In this document: positions 7,912 through 17,400 of the stretch, piece by piece
Numbering within the stretch: position 1 is the stretch's first letter
Layout of the letters: every line of letters begins with the position of its first letter
Virus record (IMG/VR): IMGVR_UViG_3300031566_000056
Span: 1-51,162 of that record
Length of the DNA stretch: 51,162 nt
From: a virus
Lineage: Duplodnaviria > Caudoviricetes
Direction: 5' to 3' (one strand)
The notes under the pieces: generated by a model
What the model was told of the DNA's origin: nothing
What the model saw: the letters and a program-made list of their open reading frames with translations, nothing else
Database searches by the model: none
Program-made: the position numbers and the translations under genes

Positions 7912-8736
7912 ATGTGTGATTTTTTTAGTTTTGTAGAAAATAACAGGGGTAAGAAATATTATTTCAATTGGCAGCAACGTCAAGAAATACTCAAGGGAAA
8001 ACTTTTTGACAAGAGAGGCCAATCAGTAATTGAAGCTGATAGTCATTCTCAGATATGCGCTTATTATGATCTTAAGTGCGATTCTGTAAATAAGTACGAA
8101 GGCAACCCATTAACCAAGAAATTTGTTGTTGACCAGGTCAATACAAAAGACAGGAGGGAGCAAGCCAAAGAGTGGTTTTTAAAACTTGATTTCAAAGAAA
8201 TTGTAGAGCCCTTGATCATTAAACCTACAGTCAATCCATTTGAGATAAAAGGGAAGCGAGTAACAAAAAAAGACATAGAGAACTTGAAAAAGTGGTCTTC
8301 TGTTAAAAATTCTGTTTGGGATTCTGTTAGGGCTTCTGTTAGGGTTTCTGTTTGGTCTTCTGTCTGGGCTTCTGTTGGGGATTCTGTTTGGTCTTCTGTT
8401 AGGGCTTCTGTTTGGGATTCTGTTAGGGCTTCTGTTAGGGTTTCTGTTTGGTCTTCTGTCCGGGCTTCTGTTGGGGATTCTGTTTGGGATTCTGTTAGGG
8501 CTTCTGTTGGGGATTCTGTTTGGTCTTCTGTTAGGGCTTATATTTCATCATTTTTTAGCCTTGAGAAATGGAAATATATTGAACACAAACCCGGAGAAAA
8601 CCCATTTCAATCCTGTATAGACCTGTGGCATAGAGGATTTGTGCCAAGCTTTGATGGTAAGGTGTGGCGGCTCCACACCTCAAAAGGTGTCGTGTTTGAA
8701 ATTAGCAATACAAAATTATTAAAGGAAGGAAAATAA
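7912..8736 (+). CDS. Hypothetical protein with SV(W/R/G)x tetrapeptide repeats
   Basis: ORF with low-complexity central region. Confidence 0.8.
   Translation: MCDFFSFVENNRGKKYYFNWQQRQEILKGKLFDKRGQSVIEADSHSQICAYYDLKCDSVNKYEGNPLTKKFVVDQVNTKDRREQAKEWFLKLDFKEIVEPLIIKPTVNPFEIKGKRVTKKDIENLKKWSSVKNSVWDSVRASVRVSVWSSVWASVGDSVWSSVRASVWDSVRASVRVSVWSSVRASVGDSVWDSVRASVGDSVWSSVRAYISSFFSLEKWKYIEHKPGENPFQSCIDLWHRGFVPSFDGKVWRLHTSKGVVFEISNTKLLKEGK
8298..8538 (+). repeat. Degenerate 12-bp coding tandem repeat (TCTGTT-(T/A/G)GG-NNT)
   Basis: About 20 units visible. Confidence 0.9.
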
Positions 8737-9101
8737 TGGATGAGAAAAAATATCTATACATATCAGGCCCAATAACAGGCGTTGAAAACTACAAAGAGAA
8801 TTTCAAAGACTGTGAGGATTGGATAAGAAAAAATACAAAATATGAACCAATCAACCCGGCATTCTCAAATAATATCGCATTGTCTGTTGAGGGGAATTTC
8901 AGTCCTAAATATGAAGATTATATGAGGGTGTCTTTTTTGCACATGACATTACATCCTAATACGTCTGTCGTTTTTTTGCCTGGCTGGTTTAGGTCTAATG
9001 GGTCGTTTCAAGAAGATGCGCTCGCAAGCGTCTTGGGTTACAAAAAAATGTTTTTTGATGGTGAGAAAATCAAAGATGTGCCGGAGGATATGCTGAAATG
9101 A
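8736..9101 (+). CDS. DUF4406-like (nucleoside deoxyribosyltransferase-like fold) protein
   Basis: YISGPITG..NF..E..INPA..YEDYM..LPGW..SNG..E..A..LG. Confidence 0.8.
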   Translation: MDEKKYLYISGPITGVENYKENFKDCEDWIRKNTKYEPINPAFSNNIALSVEGNFSPKYEDYMRVSFLHMTLHPNTSVVFLPGWFRSNGSFQEDALASVLGYKKMFFDGEKIKDVPEDMLK

Positions 9102-9451
9102 AAATATCAGACAAAATAACAATAGCATTTATTCCAATATTAATATTTATACTTATTATTTATCTTGCATTTTTTGCCCCCAAAGAGATGTTTTATGAAA
9201 ACAGAGCGCCTAATTTTGAGAGGCCAATTGATTATTATTTGTCAGGAATAAGTGAGCAGATTAAACAAAAAGATGAATGTATTACGATTCTTGAACAAAC
9301 AGAAGCGGAATTTCTGGACTGGCTGGCATTTTGCGCTCATGAATTAGGCCTAAACGCTGACGAAATGACAAAATATCAGATATTGGATGCAATTTTCAAT
9401 AGGATTGAAAGATGCATTGACTGGAACGAGAGAATTAGAGGATTTAAATGA
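9098..9451 (+). CDS. Membrane-anchored hypothetical protein
   Basis: N-terminal hydrophobic helix; GGAGG RBS. Confidence 0.7.
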   Translation: MKISDKITIAFIPILIFILIIYLAFFAPKEMFYENRAPNFERPIDYYLSGISEQIKQKDECITILEQTEAEFLDWLAFCAHELGLNADEMTKYQILDAIFNRIERCIDWNERIRGFK

Positions 9452-10821
9452 AATTATCCCTATGGCCCCACCAACAAAAAGCAATCACAGAAATAGAATC
9501 TTCATGGAATTCTGGAATAAATAGAGTTTTATTTCAGCTTTCCACCGGTGGAGGAAAATCAAGGATAATTAGGGCCATAACAGATATACACTATAATTCA
9601 AAAAAAGTTATTTATATTCTGGCTCATCGAGACAACTTGATTGATCAATTGTCCGAGGAAATAACAGAGCAAGGAATAAAACACGGGATAATAAAATCAG
9701 GATATCCATATATAAAATATAGGGTCCAGGTTTGTTCTATCCAAACACTCGCGCGAAGGCTTGGTAAAGTAGAAGATCCTGAAATTATAATAATTGATGA
9801 ATGTCATCATATTAAAGCAAATCAATATTTGAACGTTCTAAAAAAATGGCCTGACTCTAAAATACTTGGAGTAACTGCAACACCAGCCAGAACAGATGGT
9901 AAGGGCCTTGGCGATATTTTTCAAAAATTAATAATTGGCCCACCCATGAAAGAACTTATAGTTGACGGCTATCTCGCTGATTATGACTATTTTGCACCAG
10001 ATGATGTTGACATGTCCGGTGTCGCCAGGTCTCACGGAGAGTTTAAAACCGGCCCAACAATTGAGCGAGTGGACAAAAAAATCATAACAGGATCGGCGGT
10101 GCTTAATTACAAGAAACACGCAAATCACAAACCAGGAATTGCTTGTTGTGTTAATATTGCTCATGCCGAACACGTAGCAGAGCAATTTCGCGATGCTGGA
10201 TATATCGCAAGAGCCGTTCATTCAAAAATGTCAAAAGAATATATTAAATCAAGCATCGCTGGGCTTCGAGATGGATCTGTTGAGGTTTTATGTCAGTGCG
10301 AACTGTTAGGAGAAGGCGTGGATATAAAAGGCGCTGTAGCGCTTATCGGTCTTAGACCTACAGCAAGCTTGATTGTGTTTTTACAACACGCGGGGCGAGT
10401 ATTGAGAGCAGCTCCAGGAAAGCGCGCTGTAATAATTGACCATGTAAATAATTGGCTTATTCATGATTTGCCAGACGATGACAGAGAATGGAGTCTTGAG
10501 TCTAACAAAAGACCAAAAGAAGAATCAAAATATAAAAGATGTCCGCAATGTCAGCAGGTCGTCAAAAAGACAGAGAAAATATGCCCATTCTGTAATTTTT
10601 TATGGAGATTTGAGCCACTGCCCCCTGTTATACCTCAGGAGAAAGAAGGGACACTTGTGAACGTCAAAGGACGTGTTCGAGGTGATCTTGTTTTGAAAAT
10701 AGCCAGAAAAGCGAGAAATCTAAAACAAGCAATTAAAATAGCAAGAGATAGCGGAGCCACTCACGGCCAAGCTTGGAAAATTTGGACTCATGATCTAAAA
10801 AATGTAGTTGACAAAAAATAA
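9448..10821 (+). CDS. SF2 DEAD/DEAH-like helicase with C-terminal zinc finger
   Basis: LSTGGGKS, DECHH, TATP, EGVD, QHAGRVLR, CPQC..CPFC. Confidence 0.93.
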   Translation: MKLSLWPHQQKAITEIESSWNSGINRVLFQLSTGGGKSRIIRAITDIHYNSKKVIYILAHRDNLIDQLSEEITEQGIKHGIIKSGYPYIKYRVQVCSIQTLARRLGKVEDPEIIIIDECHHIKANQYLNVLKKWPDSKILGVTATPARTDGKGLGDIFQKLIIGPPMKELIVDGYLADYDYFAPDDVDMSGVARSHGEFKTGPTIERVDKKIITGSAVLNYKKHANHKPGIACCVNIAHAEHVAEQFRDAGYIARAVHSKMSKEYIKSSIAGLRDGSVEVLCQCELLGEGVDIKGAVALIGLRPTASLIVFLQHAGRVLRAAPGKRAVIIDHVNNWLIHDLPDDDREWSLESNKRPKEESKYKRCPQCQQVVKKTEKICPFCNFLWRFEPLPPVIPQEKEGTLVNVKGRVRGDLVLKIARKARNLKQAIKIARDSGATHGQAWKIWTHDLKNVVDKK

Positions 10822-10836
10822 AAGATCGTGTACAAT
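10808..10836 (+). promoter_or_regulatory. Sigma70-type promoter
   Basis: TTGACA-17 bp-TACAAT. Confidence 0.75.
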
Positions 10837-10857
10837 AAAGACAATAAGGAGATTGCA

Positions 10858-11037
10858 ATGAAGGTAATTACAGCAGCAAAAAGAGCTGGATTAAGCAAAG
10901 CAAGAATCATCCAGGCCCTCCACGCTATGAACCTCGGCAGAAAAGACGAGTATGGGTTTTTTCAGGTCGAAGAGTCGGAGCTTGATAAAATAATAGCACG
11001 AAAAGGCATGAAGGGTAAAAACTTGCGAAAAGAATAA
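10858..11037 (+). CDS. Small HTH-like DNA-binding protein
   Basis: AAKRAGLSKARIIQ helix-turn-helix-like; TAAGGAG before ATG 10858. Confidence 0.6.
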   Translation: MKVITAAKRAGLSKARIIQALHAMNLGRKDEYGFFQVEESELDKIIARKGMKGKNLRKE

Positions 11038-11053
11038 TAAAATTGTGATGTAT

Positions 11054-11138
11054 AGAGAGTTGGCCGAGTGGTTTAAGGTAGCAGTCTTGAAAACTGTCGA
11101 GTCGCAAGGCTCCCAGGGTTCGAATCCCTGACTCTCTG
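11054..11138 (+). tRNA. tRNA-Ser (anticodon UGA), CCA not encoded
   Basis: Acceptor AGAGAGT/ACTCTCT, anticodon arm GCAGT-CT-TGA-AA-ACTGT, long variable arm, T arm CAGGG-TTCGAAT-CCCTG, G discriminator. Confidence 0.95.
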
Positions 11139-11175
11139 TATTTTATAGCAGAATAGGTTTTTTAAAGGAACAACC

Positions 11176-11529
11176 ATGACAACAAAAGAAATCGATGACG
11201 CAGCCTGGTTTAAATATCCCTTCACTTACCGGAATAATCGCGGAGTGGCGAAAACCAAAAAAGGCTTTATCCGCTTTGGAATGCCTCCGCCTCCTGCTGG
11301 AAAACAAAAAGACACTTTGAAAGGTGGCGACCGTATAGGCTTTACTCCTGTTGTTGTAACTCCAGACATGATAGGCAAAAAAATATCCATATTTACTAAT
11401 ATAGAAATAAAAGGACCTGGAGATAAGCTTGTGCAAGGTCAAATCGATTGGCATAATTTTGTTTTAAATCACGGCGGAATTTCCGAAATTTGGTATGAAG
11501 ACAAAGTCGAAAGGGGAATTATAGAATGA
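11176..11529 (+). CDS. VRR-NUC-like PD-(D/E)XK nuclease
   Basis: RNNRG..IRFG..GGDRIG..VTPDMIGK..F..IEIK..Q..W..V..HGG. Confidence 0.8.
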   Translation: MTTKEIDDAAWFKYPFTYRNNRGVAKTKKGFIRFGMPPPPAGKQKDTLKGGDRIGFTPVVVTPDMIGKKISIFTNIEIKGPGDKLVQGQIDWHNFVLNHGGISEIWYEDKVERGIIE

Positions 11530-11756
11530 TCTTAGGGGTTGTATTTTTAATATTATGCATTTTGTTCAACCTATATGCTGGATATAAATTTTATGTCAAA
11601 CAAAAAGCAAAAAACATGGTTGAATTTGAAGTATTTTCAAGGGCTATGGACACGCGAGTTGGAAAGTCTTGGAAAAACAAATTTTTTATATATCATAAGG
11701 TTTATCGAGCTGCTGTAATTGCAAGAAAAAACAACAAGAAGAAGGTGAACAATTGA
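11526..11756 (+). CDS. Membrane-anchored hypothetical protein
   Basis: N-terminal hydrophobic helix; coupled ORF. Confidence 0.65.
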   Translation: MILGVVFLILCILFNLYAGYKFYVKQKAKNMVEFEVFSRAMDTRVGKSWKNKFFIYHKVYRAAVIARKNNKKKVNN

Positions 11757-12736
11757 AAAAAATATTAAGCATAATATTTGCCTGGATTTTAATTTGTCTT
11801 GGATCAGCTCTTGAAGTTAAGTATTATATTGACCGGTTCCTCGGAGACGGAATAAACATCTGGTGGGCTGCAATAATAGGCTCAGCTTTAACAATTGCGC
11901 TCGCGCTTGCTGTTTTTCGAAAAAATAAAAAACTTATGAAGCCCTTGATTGTAGGGCTAATTGTATATTCAATACTTGCCACATCTGCCGGTCAAAATTT
12001 CTCTTTTAATGAGGTGAAAAATAAAGATATAACAAACGAAGTACAAAGTTTGTATTCGGTCGACCGTGTTGAGTCTTTAAAAAAGCAAATAAGCAAAATT
12101 GATCAAGAGCTTGAACGGATTGATAATTACATAAATAGCTCTGTTGAATCATTGAAAGATCGGTGGAATTATAGAACACCATTGATCGACGCTGAAAACC
12201 AAAAAAAAGAATTGAAAAAAGAGCGAGAATCTAAAGAGCAGGAACTAAATAATATCACATCCAAAATGTCTACGCATGGAGAAAAAACAATAAGCAGTGG
12301 TAATATTTATATGTATTACAACGGGCTTGTCTTAAATTCCATTCCTGAAAATATTCTTCAGTTTATTTTTCAGACTTTTCTATCTTTTCTTATTGCTATA
12401 ATGGCGCCACTCGGCATTGAAGTATTGAACAATCCAGAAGCCGGAGAAAGACAACAAGTAACAAGAAAAGAAAAAATAAAACTTGACGACGATATAATAC
12501 GAAAATGGATTCATTTTAATTGGATTGGCATGAGACAAAATAAAACAACAAAAATGTTATCCCGTAAAATATTTGAGAAATTTATGCAGGACAAGCAAGA
12601 CCCATTTGATCCAAATGTATATGATCAAATTTACAAATTGGCTATTAAGTCAAATATCATAGACAAAGAAGGCACAATAAAAGAAAAAGATGTTGAAAAA
12701 TGTCTTTTTTTAATTAAATCAGTTGACAAACTGTAA
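11753..12736 (+). CDS. Multi-pass membrane protein with coiled coil
   Basis: Three N-terminal hydrophobic helices, coiled coil, fourth helix, soluble C-terminus. Confidence 0.75.
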   Translation: MKKILSIIFAWILICLGSALEVKYYIDRFLGDGINIWWAAIIGSALTIALALAVFRKNKKLMKPLIVGLIVYSILATSAGQNFSFNEVKNKDITNEVQSLYSVDRVESLKKQISKIDQELERIDNYINSSVESLKDRWNYRTPLIDAENQKKELKKERESKEQELNNITSKMSTHGEKTISSGNIYMYYNGLVLNSIPENILQFIFQTFLSFLIAIMAPLGIEVLNNPEAGERQQVTRKEKIKLDDDIIRKWIHFNWIGMRQNKTTKMLSRKIFEKFMQDKQDPFDPNVYDQIYKLAIKSNIIDKEGTIKEKDVEKCLFLIKSVDKL

Positions 12737-12751
12737 GAGATTGTATATATT
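12723..12751 (+). promoter_or_regulatory. Sigma70-type promoter
   Basis: TTGACA-17 bp-TATATT then AAGGAG. Confidence 0.75.
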
Positions 12752-12778
12752 TAAGCATATCATTTTAAAGGAGTAATT

Positions 12779-12958
12779 ATGAACGAAGAACGAAGAGAAC
12801 AAACACGGGTTAGAATCAATTTTAAAATTTCGGCAAAGGGCGAGTTTCAACCAGATATTACCGCAGAGGCCGAAACGGTAGAAACTGCAATGGAAAATTT
12901 GAAAAAAGCCCACGCAGAGCTTGACGCCTGGGCAAACCCAAAATGGGAAAAAAAATAA
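12779..12958 (+). CDS. 59-aa hypothetical protein (MNEERREQTRVRINFK...)
   Basis: Manual translation; own promoter, RBS and downstream hairpin; missing from ORF track. Confidence 0.75.
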   Translation: MNEERREQTRVRINFKISAKGEFQPDITAEAETVETAMENLKKAHAELDAWANPKWEKK

Positions 12959-12963
12959 TACAA

Positions 12964-12988
12964 AAGGACCTTCGGGTCCTTATTTTTT
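12964..12988 (+). terminator. Intrinsic terminator / stabilising hairpin
   Basis: AAGGACC-TTCG-GGTCCTT followed by T-rich tail. Confidence 0.75.
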
Positions 12989-12999
12989 AAGGAGTTTAT

Positions 13000-14142
13000 A
13001 TGTCAAAAAATATATATGGAGATCAAGACGCTATAAGAATCGCCATGGAATCAAAACCAGGGGATAAATCAGTCTATGTTAATTGGGAAGCAATCAACGA
13101 GCTCCCAGACGAATTCGAAAGCACGATTTCGAAAGTAAAATACGATCCTGCAAACCTGAAAAAATCATTTTCTCCTGTTGGCAATAATAATTATATGCCA
13201 AGCCCTGAAATGATGTATGAGATAGCCGACAAATGCGGCATTTCCGGCGGTGACAAGTCAATAAGTGAGCCGTTAATCGAGATGATAGATATCAATCCTA
13301 TGCTAATGAAGTCTCTCGTTGAAGAACCAACTTTTCGAAAAATGATTGTAGGAAGAAAAGTTGTAAAATATTCCACGAAAATACAAGAAGACGGGACATT
13401 ATTGAGATCAAGCCCTTGCACGTCTGAATATAATGTATGGGAGCGTTGTAAATTAGATTGGTCAAAAGAAGAGTTGGATTCTGATGGATATCAAAATATA
13501 ACAACCGGGTCTTACGAATATTTCGGAAAATCTGTCTATGGCGATTATTACACCAAGGGGAAGTATAAATATCCCGTAAAATATAATACAACATTAAAAA
13601 GACAGCATCATTTTGATTCTGAAATGAAATTTGCACACGCTAAGGCGGAGACAAAGGCAAACCTTAAAGCGATCAGAGAGCTTGCAAGCCTAGTAACAGG
13701 ATTTCACGAATCTGAATTAAAAACTGGTTATTTAATCTTTGCAAAAATAAGAAGGTCAAGAAAAGTTATGAAAATGGAAACTGCCGCGCGGTTAACGGCA
13801 ATAAGCCACGGTCAACAACCAGGCAGCGCGGAGTCTGATTTGTTATTTGATGCAACGCCGGAAGCTTTACCAGAACCTACGATAACGGCAGCAGAAGAGG
13901 ATACGCCTCCACCTCCAGAAAAAACAGCAACAGAAAGAATGATTTTTTCGCTTGAGTATTATAGATCAAACGACCTAATACCGAAAGACTTGCTAAAAAC
14001 AACAAAGGACTTACAAGACTGGTTGTCGAGCAACCCAAAAGCAGAACAACACGCCACATTTTGGCCCAAAGCAATAACGTTCTTAAAATCTGTTGAAGAT
14101 GTGCTACCTCAAGAAACAAGATTTACTCATAATTTGTATTAA
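13000..14142 (+). CDS. Hypothetical protein, candidate ssDNA-annealing recombinase
   Basis: 380 aa; Pro/acidic linker and small C-terminal domain; upstream of SbcCD and SSB. Confidence 0.45.
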   Translation: MSKNIYGDQDAIRIAMESKPGDKSVYVNWEAINELPDEFESTISKVKYDPANLKKSFSPVGNNNYMPSPEMMYEIADKCGISGGDKSISEPLIEMIDINPMLMKSLVEEPTFRKMIVGRKVVKYSTKIQEDGTLLRSSPCTSEYNVWERCKLDWSKEELDSDGYQNITTGSYEYFGKSVYGDYYTKGKYKYPVKYNTTLKRQHHFDSEMKFAHAKAETKANLKAIRELASLVTGFHESELKTGYLIFAKIRRSRKVMKMETAARLTAISHGQQPGSAESDLLFDATPEALPEPTITAAEEDTPPPPEKTATERMIFSLEYYRSNDLIPKDLLKTTKDLQDWLSSNPKAEQHATFWPKAITFLKSVEDVLPQETRFTHNLY

Positions 14143-14151
14143 GGATAAGAC

Positions 14152-14454
14152 ATGAAAACAAACTTCAAAATTGAATTACAAGAGAGAATCGATAAGCTAA
14201 ATGAAAACAACCGGAGAATATGTAATTTTATAAATAAAAAAAATGTGCTTGTTGATCCAGCAATTTCCCGAGTTGTTACTGCATTCGAAGCAAGAGAAAA
14301 TACATCAATCGAATCCGAGGCAAAAAAACTCGAAGACCTAAAAGATTCATATTTTTACAACCTGCTTGAAGTTGTAAAAAAATATGACTTTTTAAACGAT
14401 AATGATTTTACTGTCTTACTAAAGGCATTTGAAACCTTAGAAAAAAGTTATTGA
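14152..14454 (+). CDS. Hypothetical protein
   Basis: ORF with AAGGA RBS. Confidence 0.7.
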   Translation: MKTNFKIELQERIDKLNENNRRICNFINKKNVLVDPAISRVVTAFEARENTSIESEAKKLEDLKDSYFYNLLEVVKKYDFLNDNDFTVLLKAFETLEKSY

Positions 14455-14498
14455 AATATATTTAAAAAGGTAGTATTATATAAACAAAGGAGTATAAT

Positions 14499-17400
14499 AT
14501 GAAATTCTTAGAAATACCAGACTTGCACTCGGATGTCAGGTGGATAGATAAAACAGAACTTGTCTTTGACAAAATAATAGAGACCGTAAAATCTGAAAAG
14601 ATCGATTATGTTATTTTTCCCGGAGACTTCCACAACCGGCCAATTTATGCAACAGAACAGGGCGGAATAAACGATCTTAGAAGACTCTGCAAAAAATTAA
14701 CAGATGTTGTACCCGCCTGTATGATTTACGGGACACCATCTCACGAGGCACCAGGGTCTTTGGATATATTCGAAGATTCCGGGATCGTTATTTTAAGACC
14801 AAACAAAACCTACGGTCTTTTTGATTCTGTGATCAAAGAGATGAAAACTGGAGATCAAGACATTATAGGTTTAAAATGTGTAATCTTCGGGATTCCAGAG
14901 ATCAACAAGAAGAAGATTCAATCTATTTACAAATTATCAGCCAAGAAAGCAAATCACAAAGCAACTGAATTGTTCTACAAATATGTAGATGACTTCATAG
15001 CGCCCATGCGTCTTAGATATCAAGATGTCCCTGCCGTATGCGGTTTTCATGGTAATGTATCAGATTGTGAAAAATCAAACGAGACTGATATTATAAAGAA
15101 ATCATCTGATATTGTTATTCACACTGAAAAACTTGAACACGTTGGCATTGATCGTTGGAGCCTTGGCCATATACACACGCCGTGGGAATCAGAACGAATA
15201 ATCGCCGGATATGCCGGATTTACTGGCTTTGATGATCGGCCTTGGAATTGCCTTGGATTTGTACCAGCGATGAATATGATTGAAATCTTAAGCGCAGATA
15301 AAGACTATGGCATTCCAAAAGATGAAATCACACAGAAATTCGATATTAAATTATCTCGCATCCCATACGGCACACCAGAGCGTCGAAAAATTCTAAAGCC
15401 CTTGAAAAAATACGATCCAAATATAGCATATTGGCTTTTTACGGACGACAGAAACGCAACACTTCCAAAGAATGTACACCCTCTTAGCCGTACCACGTAT
15501 AACATCGAAAAGATCAAATCAAAGAGAGTCACGAAAGCAGAAGCCGAAAACGTCAAGAGTCTTCGTGACTTGTTCAAACTTAACGATCCTAAAGTCTCTA
15601 AAAACATACTTGAAAAAGTAAAATCAATAGAGGTTCAGGACCATTCAAACACGATGTTAAAAACCGAGACGGTCGTTTCTGAGGTTGAAATTTCAGGATG
15701 TATCTTATTTGGTGGTGATACGGTGATTTTCAACATTGATGATCTAAATAATGGATTAACCAGGATAAACGGCGGCAACGGATCAGGAAAATCAAGCTTA
15801 CTTGCTTTCTGCTCTCAATATCCAATAGTCATAGGGAAAGACACACTGTCTGGCCGCCAAAGCGCAATAAAAGACTTTTTTTCTGGAGATGATTGTTACA
15901 TAAAGAAAACAGTCTTGCACAATGAAGAGGTCCACGAACATTTTATCACAATTAAAAATCCTGATAAGCCGTCTTCGAAAACAGAATGTTTTTTTAACAT
16001 CAATAAAAAGCCAGCGCTTGTAAAAGGCTCCTTTGACGAAATGCTGGCTCGATGTGAGGAGATTTATGGTTCTTTTAACGATTACTTACTTACTACATTT
16101 TATGTGCAACCACAGCAAGGGAGGACGCAATCAGGGCTTGTCGATGCGACAATGACGGAGATTAGAAACCTTGTTCAGTCTATCGCAGGAATAAACAGAG
16201 AGCAAGAAAAACGTTCCGCACTCGATAAGGTAAGTCAGCTCGATAAGGAAATCAAAAAAGATGAATCATGGCTTGAGGGAGTTAATGAGTTTGCAATTGA
16301 CATTGCCACGCTAACCTCAAAAACCAACGACTTAATTGATCAAGAGAAAATTATAAATGAAGACATTTCAAATAAAGAGCTGTCAAAAAAAACAGCTCAA
16401 GAATTAACAGACCAGTCTTTTAAGCTGTATACAATATCTCAAGAGCAGGAAAAACAGCAAGAGCAAGATTCTAATAAATTTTTTGGCTTGCAGCTCGAAA
16501 AAAAATCAAAAGAGAACCAACTCGAAAAGCTTACAGGCTTAGAAGATCCTAAAGAATTACGCGACATTATCAAAAAAGACGACGAGGCTATAAGGTCAAA
16601 TAATCTCGTTAATGAAATCATCAACCAGAACAAACAGCTTGAAAACGAATATAACATGGCTGTTCGTGAAGAGAAAAACAGCGTTGAAATGCTAAACCAC
16701 AAAGCATTATCGAAATACAACGATGAAGTCTCCAGAATAAAGAATGATTTAAATAAGCTAGAAAATGAAATATCTATTCATAACTTAAAGATAGAACAAC
16801 TAAACAGGCCATGTTCAAACTGTGGTCATATAGAGGACAAAAAAACCTTAACTGAAATTGAAAACAAAAGGCAAACGGCGCTTAATTTCAAAAAAGAGTT
16901 AGAGTTCATGCTTAAAAATCTTGTAATGCCTTCCCCTGTTGCTCCAAATTCTATTGATCATCCAACATATAAGCCAGTAGGGCAACTCAAAAAAACACTA
17001 CCGGATCACGAACGAACAACAATGCTTAGCAAGATATCTCAAGCTGAAGAGTCATCAAATTTAATCTCCGATCTAAAAAAAGAAATATCAATTATTGAGT
17101 CTCAGCTCAAAGAACTAAATGAGAAAAAATACTCAATAGATTCTGAAGCTGAGCCTAAATATATTGAGGCAAAAAAATATCTTGATGAAATTATCCAGGA
17201 AATAACAAACCTAAAATCAAGCCGATCCGCTATCTATGCCGAAATTGATGGAATAAATAAGCAAATCGAAGACGGAAAAACAGTTCAAGACAAGATCAAG
17301 GCGACCAGAGAAAAAACAGAGAAAAATAAATCCGATCTTGAAGACTGGAAATATATTGACACTATGCTGAGCCCTTCAAAAATTCCAGCGCTTGAGCTTG

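Noticed and set aside
8375-8620. Very hydrophobic GLL/GIL ORF
   Set aside because: Alternative frame of the 12-bp repeat; TTG start without RBS.
11054-11138. tRNA as attP site or as stop-codon suppressor
   Set aside because: No integrase recognised; anticodon UGA reads Ser UCA, and genes are intact under the standard bacterial code.
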